Shown piece by piece: positions 18,110 through 26,453 of a DNA stretch of 26,453 nucleotides (position 1 is the stretch's first letter; each line of letters opens with the position of its first letter). The stretch spans positions 1 to 26,453 of the IMG/VR virus record IMGVR_UViG_3300037631_005788, one strand, 5' to 3'. This DNA is from a virus (lineage: Duplodnaviria > Caudoviricetes). The position numbers and the translations under genes are program-made. The notes below the pieces were generated by a model that worked only from the letters and a program-made list of their open reading frames with translations, did no database searches and was not told the DNA's origin.

Positions 18110-18652
18110 TTATATTCCACTAGGTATTGATGCTCGTGTTGGTTTCTTCGTATAAAAATCAGTCTCTGGAAGTTGAGCTGGAGATTGAGAATCATTCCCC
18201 TTTCCACCTGCAGTCACAAATGGAGCAGGTTTTATATCATCCCAATAAGGATATAATTCTTGAAATTCAGTGCTTTTCTTCTCTCCAGCTTCATCGGCAG
18301 TTAAAAGGTCATCTTTAGCAAATGTTGTAGGCAAAACTCCCATAATAACGGGATCTTTCAAAGTAGTTCCATCCACACGGAGAAATATACCAATAACCAT
18401 CTCACCACCTATAAGTGCAGTTGACATCATATTCAAATTTCCATGACTATTTGGATGCAACACATGTGCATAATCTAGTGTGGAGTCGGGATTTATATTT
18501 CCATCAGGAGAATGTATCCCCATGATTCTAACTCGCACTCTAGATCCTAATCTGGTTAGATCTCTTTTATTTTTTTCTTGTTTTGGTGCAACTTGTCCAA
18601 TAAAAAATATTGGAGTAGATCTAAGAAGACCGTTATTTCTTTCCATTGACAT
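18110..18652 (-). CDS. gp5: stand-alone gp5 N-terminal OB-fold protein (~180 aa)
   Basis: FFIGQV...RVRVRIMGIH...LDYAHVLHP...GEMVIGIFL...PVIMGVL matches the T4 gp5 OB-domain pattern. ATG 18652 is preferred to 18694 because it lies 4 nt past the upstream stop. Confidence 0.75.
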   Translation of the reverse strand: MSMERNNGLLRSTPIFFIGQVAPKQEKNKRDLTRLGSRVRVRIMGIHSPDGNINPDSTLDYAHVLHPNSHGNLNMMSTALIGGEMVIGIFLRVDGTTLKDPVIMGVLPTTFAKDDLLTADEAGEKKSTEFQELYPYWDDIKPAPFVTAGGKGNDSQSPAQLPETDFYTKKPTRASIPSGI

Positions 18653-18656
18653 TGGA

Positions 18657-20000
18657 TTAATTATCCTCCGAACTATATATTCCATCAGTATCACGAACGA
18701 TGGTCATATGAGTTAATGATCCAGTTTGTCCAGTTCCATTAAACTTATGTGACAAATGCATAATTAAATATCTTCCACTAAGTTTTTCATCACTTGCACC
18801 TTGTTCTGGTTGCGCGGTTTTTTTCATCCAAGCACAATCAATAACTTGTCCAACACGTAACTCAAGATTGCAAGGAACAACGATATCGATAATTTTATTT
18901 AAAAGAGAATTATATCTCGTTAATGCTTGAACTCTCCAAATTTCTGGATTATTGTTTATTTCTGAAGAAATACCAACGTTACCGCTATCATATGCAAAGA
19001 AATCAACATATGTTGAAGGATTCACCATTTTTTCTACAATCTCAGTTTGAAGAGAGTTTCCACCAAGATTAAATCCACCATCTTCTACTACTTTTAATGT
19101 TTCGTTCCAGTTAAGAGTTACTGGATTAAATGTTGCATGATTCATTTCCTCACCATAATTAAGTGATTTGAATAAATCTCTCATACTAGATTTGACTTGG
19201 TATTCCAATATTCTAAAATTAGATCCTTCACAAAATGTTGCTGTTCCACCACTAACATAAGCAAATGCTGATGGTTGATTAATTAAATTGTCAATACCTT
19301 TAAAATTGAACCCATCTTGTGTTTCAAAGAAAAAACATCCAGGTTTTGCATTTGCAGGAATTGCAGGAATTGCCTGCCGTGCTAAAGAAATAATTACATC
19401 AAAAGGTTTTCTACCTTGCCCACTTTCAGTGCATTTATTTACAGTGTCATCATATCTTTCCATACCTCCGGGATCTATACCAAGTCCACCATTTTCTGGT
19501 GAACCTGCTATGAGATCAATTATGTTATCACGAATTTTATTCACATATGTTTTATATGCTTTAGTTTTTTCATTATTAATTGCATATTGTGGTCTCAATT
19601 TAAATGTTAAGATTTCCACCTTATCAGAATCAAGCACAAGAGGTATATCTAAAATCTTCCATGGATTATCTGCACTAAACTCTAAACCATCACCTTCAAT
19701 ATTAGATTGTTTTGATGGATGAGATATTTTAACTGTTAAAGTTTTTCCCTTCAATGTCTCCGCAGATGACCGTATTGTTCCCAATCTTTCTTGGAGATCT
19801 TCTTGAGCACCTGCCAAGACAGCATAACCGGTATCAATAAAAAGTAAATTTGCAGTAGTATATGGTGATAATAATGATTCAAAATATTCAAATTGCAAAA
19901 ATCCGCCAAGAAGTTCTATTTCTTCATTCTGACCTGTGGTTAGATTTAAATCATCTATACTTAATTGTGTTATTGTTGCGGGACTTGACCAGTTTGACAT
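18657..20000 (-). CDS. baseplate hub protein, gp27/GpD-like, 447 aa
   Basis: YFESLLSP, FFFETQDGFNFKGIDNLI, VPCNLELRVGQVI and SGRYLIMHLSHKF motifs; directly upstream of the gp5 OB gene. Confidence 0.7.
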   Translation of the reverse strand: MSNWSSPATITQLSIDDLNLTTGQNEEIELLGGFLQFEYFESLLSPYTTANLLFIDTGYAVLAGAQEDLQERLGTIRSSAETLKGKTLTVKISHPSKQSNIEGDGLEFSADNPWKILDIPLVLDSDKVEILTFKLRPQYAINNEKTKAYKTYVNKIRDNIIDLIAGSPENGGLGIDPGGMERYDDTVNKCTESGQGRKPFDVIISLARQAIPAIPANAKPGCFFFETQDGFNFKGIDNLINQPSAFAYVSGGTATFCEGSNFRILEYQVKSSMRDLFKSLNYGEEMNHATFNPVTLNWNETLKVVEDGGFNLGGNSLQTEIVEKMVNPSTYVDFFAYDSGNVGISSEINNNPEIWRVQALTRYNSLLNKIIDIVVPCNLELRVGQVIDCAWMKKTAQPEQGASDEKLSGRYLIMHLSHKFNGTGQTGSLTHMTIVRDTDGIYSSEDN

Positions 20001-20006
20001 TGCTTA

Positions 20007-21890
20007 TTATCTCCTTATATATCTAGTCGGACCAGGAATAATGATCGGTTGTGTATTATTAATAATGATTACATCAGTCATACCTTCACCATCAAATGTT
20101 TGTGTTAGTTGCTCAGATCTTCTTAATCCATCACCTTTTCCGCTAGAGAATTGAAATGATGACATATTTCTGTTTCCACCATTACCAGCACCAGTTATTA
20201 CAGGTCCCTGATGTGTATTAGTTGAACCTGCAGATGATGAAGTAGATTTAGCTGTGCCGGTTGCTAATCCATTAGCAAACCACTTCAATGTGGCATTACC
20301 TGCCATAAAACCAATACCATTTACATGCAATGAAATGTGTGGATAAACACCATTAGTATTAGATACCGATCTTCCAGATGCACCCTGATATCCTAATAAT
20401 GTTCCTTTTGGAATTTTCTCGCCATCTGCGGTTCCTTTATATGGAAGATCCCTAAAGTGTCCCATCACGACTTCATGCTGCTTACCATCTTTTTCAAAAA
20501 AGTAAGCACCATAGTATCCAAATCCGCTACCTGCAGGACCCAACACATTAGAAGTTCCTTGCAATCCAACAGCAGGATTTCCATCAGTTCCAGTTGTTTT
20601 ATAAACCATATCTACTGGAGCATAAATTGGTGTTCCAATTCCACCAGGAAGGTTCATGTTTAGACCAGTTTGTTCTCCATCTGGATCGCCAGCAGGTCCA
20701 ATATACGTTCCAGATGCATAACTACCATTTTGAGTAGTAGATTGTGTAGTGGTAGGTGGTGTAGTGGTGGTAGATGGTGTAGTAGTGGTAGGATTATCTT
20801 TTTTATCTTTATCGTTTTTATTCAACTCTGTGAAATTTTTAACTAACTCTTTAAAAGATTCATTATTTTTTTGTTGAGTTTCAATTATCATACTCTGATT
20901 GTTTGCATTATTTTTGGCATCAGAAAATGATTTAACTCCTATTTTTGCTTTTTTTGCTGTTGGACTTTCGGGTGAAGAAGAAGCAGTTCCACCTTTAGAG
21001 TATCCTTCAACACCTGCATCTCTTAATTTTTCTACTACAGATGCAAAATTACTACCAGAGATAGACTCATACCTATTAATAAACTCTTCGGTAGGTATTT
21101 CAGTTCCACTAGTATCCGTTGTTTTTACCGCCAAAGTTGATCCAATTCCAAAGAGACCACCAGTTTTTACTTTTTGATATGATCCGATACCAGGAATAAC
21201 AACTCTTTGAGTTGGTTCTTTGGACATTTTTGCTTGAATTAATGATTTTCCTGCCTCTACAAAATCAATTCTACTTATTTCTTGCTTTTTGATAGCATAT
21301 GCAACATCATTCCTAACCTCCTCAGATGATTTTGGTTGAAATTTTAGTGCTTTATCAAGATCCGATTCCACACTTTTCAAATCTTTCTCAATATTTTTAT
21401 TGAGACCCAAAAGTTTATCAATAGAATCAGTGAGTTCACTTCTATTTTTTTCCATCTCTGCTCTTTTTGATGGGTTAAAAAAGTTTACAATATTTTTAAA
21501 TGTAGGAACAATAAATTCTATTGACTTGAAGAATACTTCAAAAATTTTAGATATCCATTGATTATCTTCTATAAATTTTTCAATACCTTTAATTAATCGT
21601 GGTGCATTATTTACTGCAAAACCTAATAAAACTAAACTAAGAAATTCTTTTATTTTATCAAAAAATCCCATTACTGGTGCTGCAATTGCCTTAGCAGCAT
21701 TACCAATTTTACTTGATTGAGATTTTTTACCCTCTACAAAGTTTTCTTTTTGTATTTTTTGTTGTTCTTTCTTTTGTTTTAGTAAAAGAGTTTTTTCCTG
21801 TATACGAATTTTTTTTAGATTCTTATTTCCTCTAATAAGGGTACTTTTGATATTATTGACGTTAAGTTTTAATTGCTTTGTTTCTATCAT
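20007..21890 (-). CDS. tape-measure-like tail protein with C-terminal degenerate M23/LytM domain, 627 aa
   Basis: Lys-rich coiled coil, amphipathic/hydrophobic helices, GYSKGG, Thr linker, then GTPIYAPVD...MGH...KGTLLGYQGASGRS...PHISLHV. Confidence 0.7.
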   Translation of the reverse strand: MIETKQLKLNVNNIKSTLIRGNKNLKKIRIQEKTLLLKQKKEQQKIQKENFVEGKKSQSSKIGNAAKAIAAPVMGFFDKIKEFLSLVLLGFAVNNAPRLIKGIEKFIEDNQWISKIFEVFFKSIEFIVPTFKNIVNFFNPSKRAEMEKNRSELTDSIDKLLGLNKNIEKDLKSVESDLDKALKFQPKSSEEVRNDVAYAIKKQEISRIDFVEAGKSLIQAKMSKEPTQRVVIPGIGSYQKVKTGGLFGIGSTLAVKTTDTSGTEIPTEEFINRYESISGSNFASVVEKLRDAGVEGYSKGGTASSSPESPTAKKAKIGVKSFSDAKNNANNQSMIIETQQKNNESFKELVKNFTELNKNDKDKKDNPTTTTPSTTTTPPTTTQSTTQNGSYASGTYIGPAGDPDGEQTGLNMNLPGGIGTPIYAPVDMVYKTTGTDGNPAVGLQGTSNVLGPAGSGFGYYGAYFFEKDGKQHEVVMGHFRDLPYKGTADGEKIPKGTLLGYQGASGRSVSNTNGVYPHISLHVNGIGFMAGNATLKWFANGLATGTAKSTSSSAGSTNTHQGPVITGAGNGGNRNMSSFQFSSGKGDGLRRSEQLTQTFDGEGMTDVIIINNTQPIIIPGPTRYIRR

Positions 21891-21901
21891 TTTTTTAATA
21901 C

Positions 21902-24043
21902 CTATACATCAATACCATAATTCACATACGAATTCATAATATATGGATTACTAGAATCTGTTGATGAAATATTGATACTTGTCTGCGATCTTTCTGTTGA
22001 TTCAGTCTCAATTGGTTCTGGAGATTGATTAGCTAAAGTTATTCCTGGTTGAGTATTATTAATGACACTTACCTGTGAAGTTCCTCCACCATTTCTTGAA
22101 GCACCCCTATAACCTCCAATATCGGGAGAAGGTTTAGGCACAACTACTATAGGTGGCACAGATGTTATTGGTGATTCTCCAGGTGGGTTATTTGAATCAA
22201 ATTCAATTACCGGGAATTGAATTGGTCTACTTGGTCCAGATTTACGTTCTCCTCCATTACCATTACCACCTGGAGTATTCTGTGCCGCTTCTCGTGTTCT
22301 CTTTTCAAGTTCTTTTAACTTGTCTTTTTTTCTTTCGTTAAGTATTTTTATTATTTCATCATTAAATAATTTAATTGTACCTTCAAATTTTTCATTCACT
22401 TCTTCCTGAAGAATATTATTTTCATTCTGTTTTCTAATTGCAGTTGTAAAAGAATTCCACATTCTACCTGCATTATCATTAATATCTTTCAAAAGTGGTC
22501 GGAAAAGATTTGATGATGATGTACGAATAACTTCTTCACCTGGTGCAAGAAGTGCTTTTACCGTATCTTTATTTCCAGATCCAGTTCCACTTACGGTTCC
22601 TTTAACACGTTTAAAAACTGAACCGCCTTTAGAATAACCTCGGACTTCTTTAGCATAATCTGGTAGATCAATTCCATCTGCCAGATTACTATATCCAAGT
22701 ACCTTAAGGCGCTGTAAATTCTTTGTAACTTTGAATTCAGATAATGTCCTACCACCACCCTTTAAAATTTTATCTGTTAAATGTAAAGGTGATTGTTGAA
22801 AATCTAATTCTTTTTTGATTTCTGCAATTAATCTCCCAGATTTTTCTTCTTTTTTTTCTTGTGAAGCATTTGCCCAATATTCTGCAAATCCTTTGTCTTG
22901 GGATTCTTCAATTCTATCAAACGTATAGTCTATTGCAAACTGTCCAGAAAGATCAGCAACAACTCCAATACCCATCCCTGCCAAACCGACAGCAAGACTT
23001 TTTAAGTTTGCAGGATTTAAAAGATTTTTCATTATTCCAGGATTGATTCCAGGATTGGGATTAACCTTAGGTGTGATACCTTGTCCTGGTTTTGGTATAG
23101 ATGGTCCCCTACCAGAAGTAGTCCCTGCTAATTGAGATTGAAAAGGTTTCCCAGTAGTAGGATTAATAATTGATCCATCACTTCCCGGTAATACCGGTTT
23201 TATAGGACGAGGAATAGATTTTGGTGGTTTTGGTTTTGGTACTGATGCTGGTGGTGCTGGTGCTGGTGGTGCTGGTGCTGGTGGTTTTGGTCCTTTACCA
23301 AGTATCCTTGCAGCAACTGCAACAAGTTTTGCTCCTATAGCATATAATAATGTTCCAAATCCAATAAAACCAACGATGGATTGTATTAACTTAATACCAA
23401 CAAGAGTTACTAGTATTTCTTTCCAATAAGTTTTTAAAAACGCAAATATCTCTACAATTTTTTCTCTATTTTTTTCATCTTTTAAAAATTCCCACAAATT
23501 ATTGACGACAAAACCAACTCCAACTAGTGTGAGAAAATCTAAAATTTTATCAAAAATACCTTTAATAGGTTGCAGTGCTTTTTTACCAAACTCTGCTATT
23601 GGTTTTAATAAACCTTTTCCCTTTTCTACAAATTTTTCCTTTTCACCTAATTTTTTTGTTCTTATCTTTTTCTTTTCTGTAGCAAGTTTATCTTTTCTTT
23701 CTTCTATTCTTGCAGCAAAATCTAATGCAAGTTGTTTTTGAATTTCTACAAGAATTGAATTAGTTTCTGCAAGTTCAGATCCTTTCGATTTTTCTGGTTT
23801 TAAAACTATTTTATCAACAATTTTTAAAGTATTCGTTGATATAACTGGTTTTTCAACAGTCTTTAAAGATTCTGCTGTGATAATTGAAATTCCAAGTCCT
23901 TTAACAAAGGACATTTTGGATGTTTTTAATTTTGGTCCTTTAACAACAGAATCAATTTTTTGACTAGAGGAATTCAATGGGGAAGAATTTTTCCCCATTT
24001 TTGGAAGTGATGGTGCTTTATAAATTTGAGATTGTATTGCCAC
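21902..24043 (-). CDS. tape-measure-like (gp29-analogous) tail protein, 713 aa
   Basis: GTG start abutting the upstream TAA; coiled coils, hydrophobic helices, Pro-rich linker, and GYSKGG.V...G.G.G..D.V.A.L.PGE.VI as seen near the C-termini of tape measure proteins. Confidence 0.65.
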   Translation of the reverse strand: MAIQSQIYKAPSLPKMGKNSSPLNSSSQKIDSVVKGPKLKTSKMSFVKGLGISIITAESLKTVEKPVISTNTLKIVDKIVLKPEKSKGSELAETNSILVEIQKQLALDFAARIEERKDKLATEKKKIRTKKLGEKEKFVEKGKGLLKPIAEFGKKALQPIKGIFDKILDFLTLVGVGFVVNNLWEFLKDEKNREKIVEIFAFLKTYWKEILVTLVGIKLIQSIVGFIGFGTLLYAIGAKLVAVAARILGKGPKPPAPAPPAPAPPASVPKPKPPKSIPRPIKPVLPGSDGSIINPTTGKPFQSQLAGTTSGRGPSIPKPGQGITPKVNPNPGINPGIMKNLLNPANLKSLAVGLAGMGIGVVADLSGQFAIDYTFDRIEESQDKGFAEYWANASQEKKEEKSGRLIAEIKKELDFQQSPLHLTDKILKGGGRTLSEFKVTKNLQRLKVLGYSNLADGIDLPDYAKEVRGYSKGGSVFKRVKGTVSGTGSGNKDTVKALLAPGEEVIRTSSSNLFRPLLKDINDNAGRMWNSFTTAIRKQNENNILQEEVNEKFEGTIKLFNDEIIKILNERKKDKLKELEKRTREAAQNTPGGNGNGGERKSGPSRPIQFPVIEFDSNNPPGESPITSVPPIVVVPKPSPDIGGYRGASRNGGGTSQVSVINNTQPGITLANQSPEPIETESTERSQTSINISSTDSSNPYIMNSYVNYGIDV

Positions 24044-24217
24044 TTACTTATTCTGCTGTGCTTTTAGGTTTTCTTCTTCAATATGCTGTTGAAGTAATGT
24101 CACATATACTTCCCGCTCCCACGGAATCATATTTTCAAGTTCTGTTAATGAGTATTTATGATATTGAAGTAAGGCAAAATTTGTCTTGTAATATACTTCA
24201 AGACTAGTATGCGACAT
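24044..24217 (-). CDS. gp51: 57-aa gp51-like baseplate/tail assembly ORF (not in ORF track)
   Basis: MSHTSLEVYYKTNFALLQYHKYSLTELENMIPWEREVYVTLLQQHIEEENLKAQQNK*; fills the gap between gp26 and the 713-aa gene. Confidence 0.8.
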   Translation of the reverse strand: MSHTSLEVYYKTNFALLQYHKYSLTELENMIPWEREVYVTLLQQHIEEENLKAQQNK

Positions 24218-24219
24218 GC

Positions 24220-24942
24220 TTAACTGAAAAAAGATGCTAATCCCTCAAGTGTTATCTCATTAGTCTTCTTAGTATTTGGATTTTTAACTTTAACAACATG
24301 AGAAAGTTTAGGCATTGATGTAAAGAAATTCTCAATTTCTTTAAACTGCTTTGTGCTCATTTGATCTACAAAATCATGCATTTCCTGTTTAGTGCAGTCA
24401 GAAGAAGACCAACATTCATCTTGATTGTAAACCATTTCAATACAAGAACTAATCATATCGAGAGATTGGTCCACACCATTTAGATTATTTTCAACTTCAA
24501 AATTATTTTCAATAAACTGATCTATAGATGGATACTTCATCTTCATAGAGAGTGAATCATCCAGTTTAATAATATTATTATGGTCTTTATTTTTTAAAAC
24601 TTTAATCAAATCAATGTCAATTTCCGTCTGAACTTGTGTTTCTTCATCATCTGGACATGTCACATTAACTTCAATTGTTTCACCGACAGACTTTCCACGG
24701 ATATTTAAGAATAAGTATTCAATATCAAATGTGGCGAGATCAGCAACTTTTACACCTTTAGAGAGAATACATTCAGATAAAATATCAATGATAGCGTTTG
24801 TAATTTGCTTCATATCTTCTGATTCTAGTGCCATTACTAGGATCTTTTCTTCCTTTACTAGAAAAGGTCGATATCTAATTTTTTTCCCAGTTGAAGGAAT
24901 CTCCAATTCATATGTTGGAGTACTAATTTTTGGTAAAGGCAT
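24220..24942 (-). CDS. gp26: gp26-like baseplate hub assembly protein (~240 aa)
   Basis: MPLPKISTPTYEL...YRPFLVKEEKIL...FDIEYLFLNIRGKSVGE...CP; ATG 24942 preferred over TTG 24951. Confidence 0.85.
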   Translation of the reverse strand: MPLPKISTPTYELEIPSTGKKIRYRPFLVKEEKILVMALESEDMKQITNAIIDILSECILSKGVKVADLATFDIEYLFLNIRGKSVGETIEVNVTCPDDEETQVQTEIDIDLIKVLKNKDHNNIIKLDDSLSMKMKYPSIDQFIENNFEVENNLNGVDQSLDMISSCIEMVYNQDECWSSSDCTKQEMHDFVDQMSTKQFKEIENFFTSMPKLSHVVKVKNPNTKKTNEITLEGLASFFS

Positions 24943-24968
24943 AATCTGCAATACAATTCAGTTATTTT

Positions 24969-24975
24969 TATTTAT
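24969..24975 (-). promoter_or_regulatory. T4-type late promoter motif ATAAATA
   Basis: tatttat in the gap upstream of gp26. Confidence 0.7.
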
Positions 24976-24980
24976 TATGG

Positions 24981-25832
24981 TTATCCAGATACACCAGTTG
25001 GTTTACCATCAGGACCATAAATGAATGAACCAATACCATTATAATTAGGATTATTTTGTGCTTGAACTATAGCATCCTGTGCAAGACCAAGTTGTAAATC
25101 TGCTTGTTGTTGTTCTGTATATACTACAGGAGTAATATTCTGTCTCCAAACTCTATACCTATCATAATACATGGTAACAGTTATTTTACTTACTTCAGAA
25201 TCTCCATATTGAAGTGGTATTGAAGATACTGATTTAGGGAACGCATCAATTAATTGATATGTAATTTGAGTTGACCCTGCTACATTATAATTTTTTTCAA
25301 ATTTTGTTATATACACTCCACTGGCATTTTTATAAAATTTTGGATACTGAAATCTACGGTAATAATTACTAGTAATTTGTTCATTATATAAACTTGGTTC
25401 TCTCAATTCAGCACTATTACCACCAGAAACGAAATTCATCCATGCTTCAAAAAACATTAGGACTTTATAATCTCTATCAACATAAAATGAAAAATCTATA
25501 TCAGTATTAATTCTAGTATGAGCAAACTCTTGAACAATACCTTGAAAATTATCTTTTACTTCCCCAGTAGCATATGTTGATGATGGCAAAGTTGCATTTG
25601 CACAAGAAAATGATAAAAGTTTTTTAAAATCATTATCCCAATTAAAACCATAAATTGGTGATAATGATGGAATCTTAAGGTGCTCTACAAAAGGTTGTTT
25701 TCCAGATGTATCAGTTCCCCATCCATTTTCAATATAAACTTGATATAAATTACTCCGCGCAAATCCACCCTGCCCTAATGTTGATTGAACATTTTGAGAA
25801 GTGAGGGTTTGTATATTTGGTATATTAGGCAT
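24981..25832 (-). CDS. gp54: tail tube initiator-like protein (gp54/gp19 fold), 283 aa
   Basis: GGFARSNLYQV, C.NATLP, FSFYVD...FFEAWMN, DAFPKSVSSIPLQYG, ITVTMYYDRY; adjacent to gp26. Confidence 0.7.
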   Translation of the reverse strand: MPNIPNIQTLTSQNVQSTLGQGGFARSNLYQVYIENGWGTDTSGKQPFVEHLKIPSLSPIYGFNWDNDFKKLLSFSCANATLPSSTYATGEVKDNFQGIVQEFAHTRINTDIDFSFYVDRDYKVLMFFEAWMNFVSGGNSAELREPSLYNEQITSNYYRRFQYPKFYKNASGVYITKFEKNYNVAGSTQITYQLIDAFPKSVSSIPLQYGDSEVSKITVTMYYDRYRVWRQNITPVVYTEQQQADLQLGLAQDAIVQAQNNPNYNGIGSFIYGPDGKPTGVSG

Positions 25833-25834
25833 TT

Positions 25835-25841
25835 CTAAATA
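25835..25841 (+). promoter_or_regulatory. late promoter variant CTAAATA for gp4
   Basis: In the 39-nt divergent gap, upstream of ATG 25872. Confidence 0.55.
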
Positions 25842-25864
25842 TTAATACAGCCTTTGTTATTAGT

Positions 25865-25871
25865 TATTTAG
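25865..25871 (-). promoter_or_regulatory. late promoter variant CTAAATA for the gp54-like gene
   Basis: tatttag on + strand, upstream of minus-strand ATG 25832. Confidence 0.55.
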
Positions 25872-26309
25872 ATGTCATATAAGGGAAAATTCCAACCATC
25901 ATATCCTCAAAAATATAAGGGAAATATTTCAACTATCATCTATCGTTCCCTTTGGGAAAGAAAGTTTATGGTATATTGTGATTTGAATGAAAATATTATT
26001 GAATGGGGATCTGAAGAAATTGCTCTTCCATATCGATCTCCACTAGATAATAGAGTGCATCGATACTTTCCAGATTTTTATATTAAAGTTAAAGAAAACA
26101 CTGGTGTAATAAAGAAGTATCTAATTGAAATAAAACCAAAAAAACAAACTGTAGAACCAAAAATTCAAAAAAGAAAAACAAAGTCATACATCTATGAAGT
26201 TACAGAGTATGCAAAGAATATGGCAAAATGGAGAGCAGCAGAAGAGTTTTGTAAAGATAGAATGTGGGAATTTAAAGTTTTAACCGAAGATGAACTAGGT
26301 ATCCGCTAA
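25872..26309 (+). CDS. gp4: head completion protein (T4 gp4, TnsA-like PD-(D/E)xK fold), 145 aa
   Basis: YKGK..P..P.KY.G...IIYRSLWE.KFM, W.SEE...PY.SP.D.R.HRYFPDF, LIEIKP, N.AKW.AA, F.VLTE. Confidence 0.92.
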   Translation: MSYKGKFQPSYPQKYKGNISTIIYRSLWERKFMVYCDLNENIIEWGSEEIALPYRSPLDNRVHRYFPDFYIKVKENTGVIKKYLIEIKPKKQTVEPKIQKRKTKSYIYEVTEYAKNMAKWRAAEEFCKDRMWEFKVLTEDELGIR

Positions 26310-26453
26310 TGGCAAATCCAACAGACGATAAATCAAATCGTATTCGTTCTGTAATAGATAACGTTATTGGGATGGAAGATCCTGATGATTTAATGATTGA
26401 ATTGATGTCAGTATTAGAAGAAGGGGGCAAGATACCAGAGTCTGGAAAATACT
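26309..26453 (+). CDS. 5' part of a protein coupled to gp4, possibly gp2-like DNA end protector (MANPTDDKSNRIRSVIDNVIGMEDPDDLMIELMSVLEEGGKIPESGKY...)
   Basis: TAATG overlap with the gp4 stop; open to the edge. The identity is inferred mainly from synteny and is tentative. Confidence 0.6.
   Translation, partial: MANPTDDKSNRIRSVIDNVIGMEDPDDLMIELMSVLEEGGKIPESGKY

Noticed and set aside
23221-23292. Short GC-rich repeats (tggtggtgctggtgc) as a regulatory element
   Set aside because: They simply encode the Pro/Ala/Lys linker PKPPAPAPPAPAPPASVPKPKPP of the 713-aa protein.
583-25024. Numerous 60-144 aa plus-strand and alternative-frame ORFs in the track (e.g. 5302-5625, 15944-16234, 17210-17611, 19288-19722, 15207-15437)
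   Set aside because: They lie inside long genes with clear phage motifs. Their odd composition mirrors the codon bias or tandem repeats of the real gene, so they are shadow ORFs.
25872-26309. TnsA-like nuclease as a sign of a Tn7-like element or homing endonuclease
   Set aside because: Sequence and context match the core T4 head completion protein gp4; no transposon genes or ends are present.

Overview
AT-rich segment of a T4-like cyanophage (cyanomyovirus-type) genome covering a tail/baseplate module, transcribed almost entirely on the minus strand. In transcription order it holds: a gp54/gp19-like tube initiator; a gp26-like gene; a short gp51-like ORF missed by the ORF track; two paralogous tape-measure-like proteins; a gp27-like hub; a central spike (gp5-like) apparently spread over four genes; a LamG/ConA-domain protein; and two very large fibre-like proteins. 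gp4 head completion and a partial gp2-like gene lie divergently at the right edge. Many of these genes are preceded by the T4-type late motif (A/C)TAAATA. Embedded among them is a cassette under a perfect sigma70 promoter: a 62-aa ORF, an unlisted 57-aa Phd/YefM-like ORF and three tRNA genes (a non-canonical UAU tRNA, a CAU tRNA, Leu-UAA). Top candidates: (1) a -1 slippery site T TTT TTC that would fuse gp26 to gp51 just upstream of the tape-measure-like genes, like lambda G/GT or P2 E/E+E'; (2) the early antitoxin-like plus tRNA cassette with its atypical UAU tRNA; (3) a spike-tip protein with an HxH motif directly before an S74 autocleavage site; (4) an M23 domain missing all three Zn ligands. 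Family calls come from motif recognition by eye; no database searches were run.
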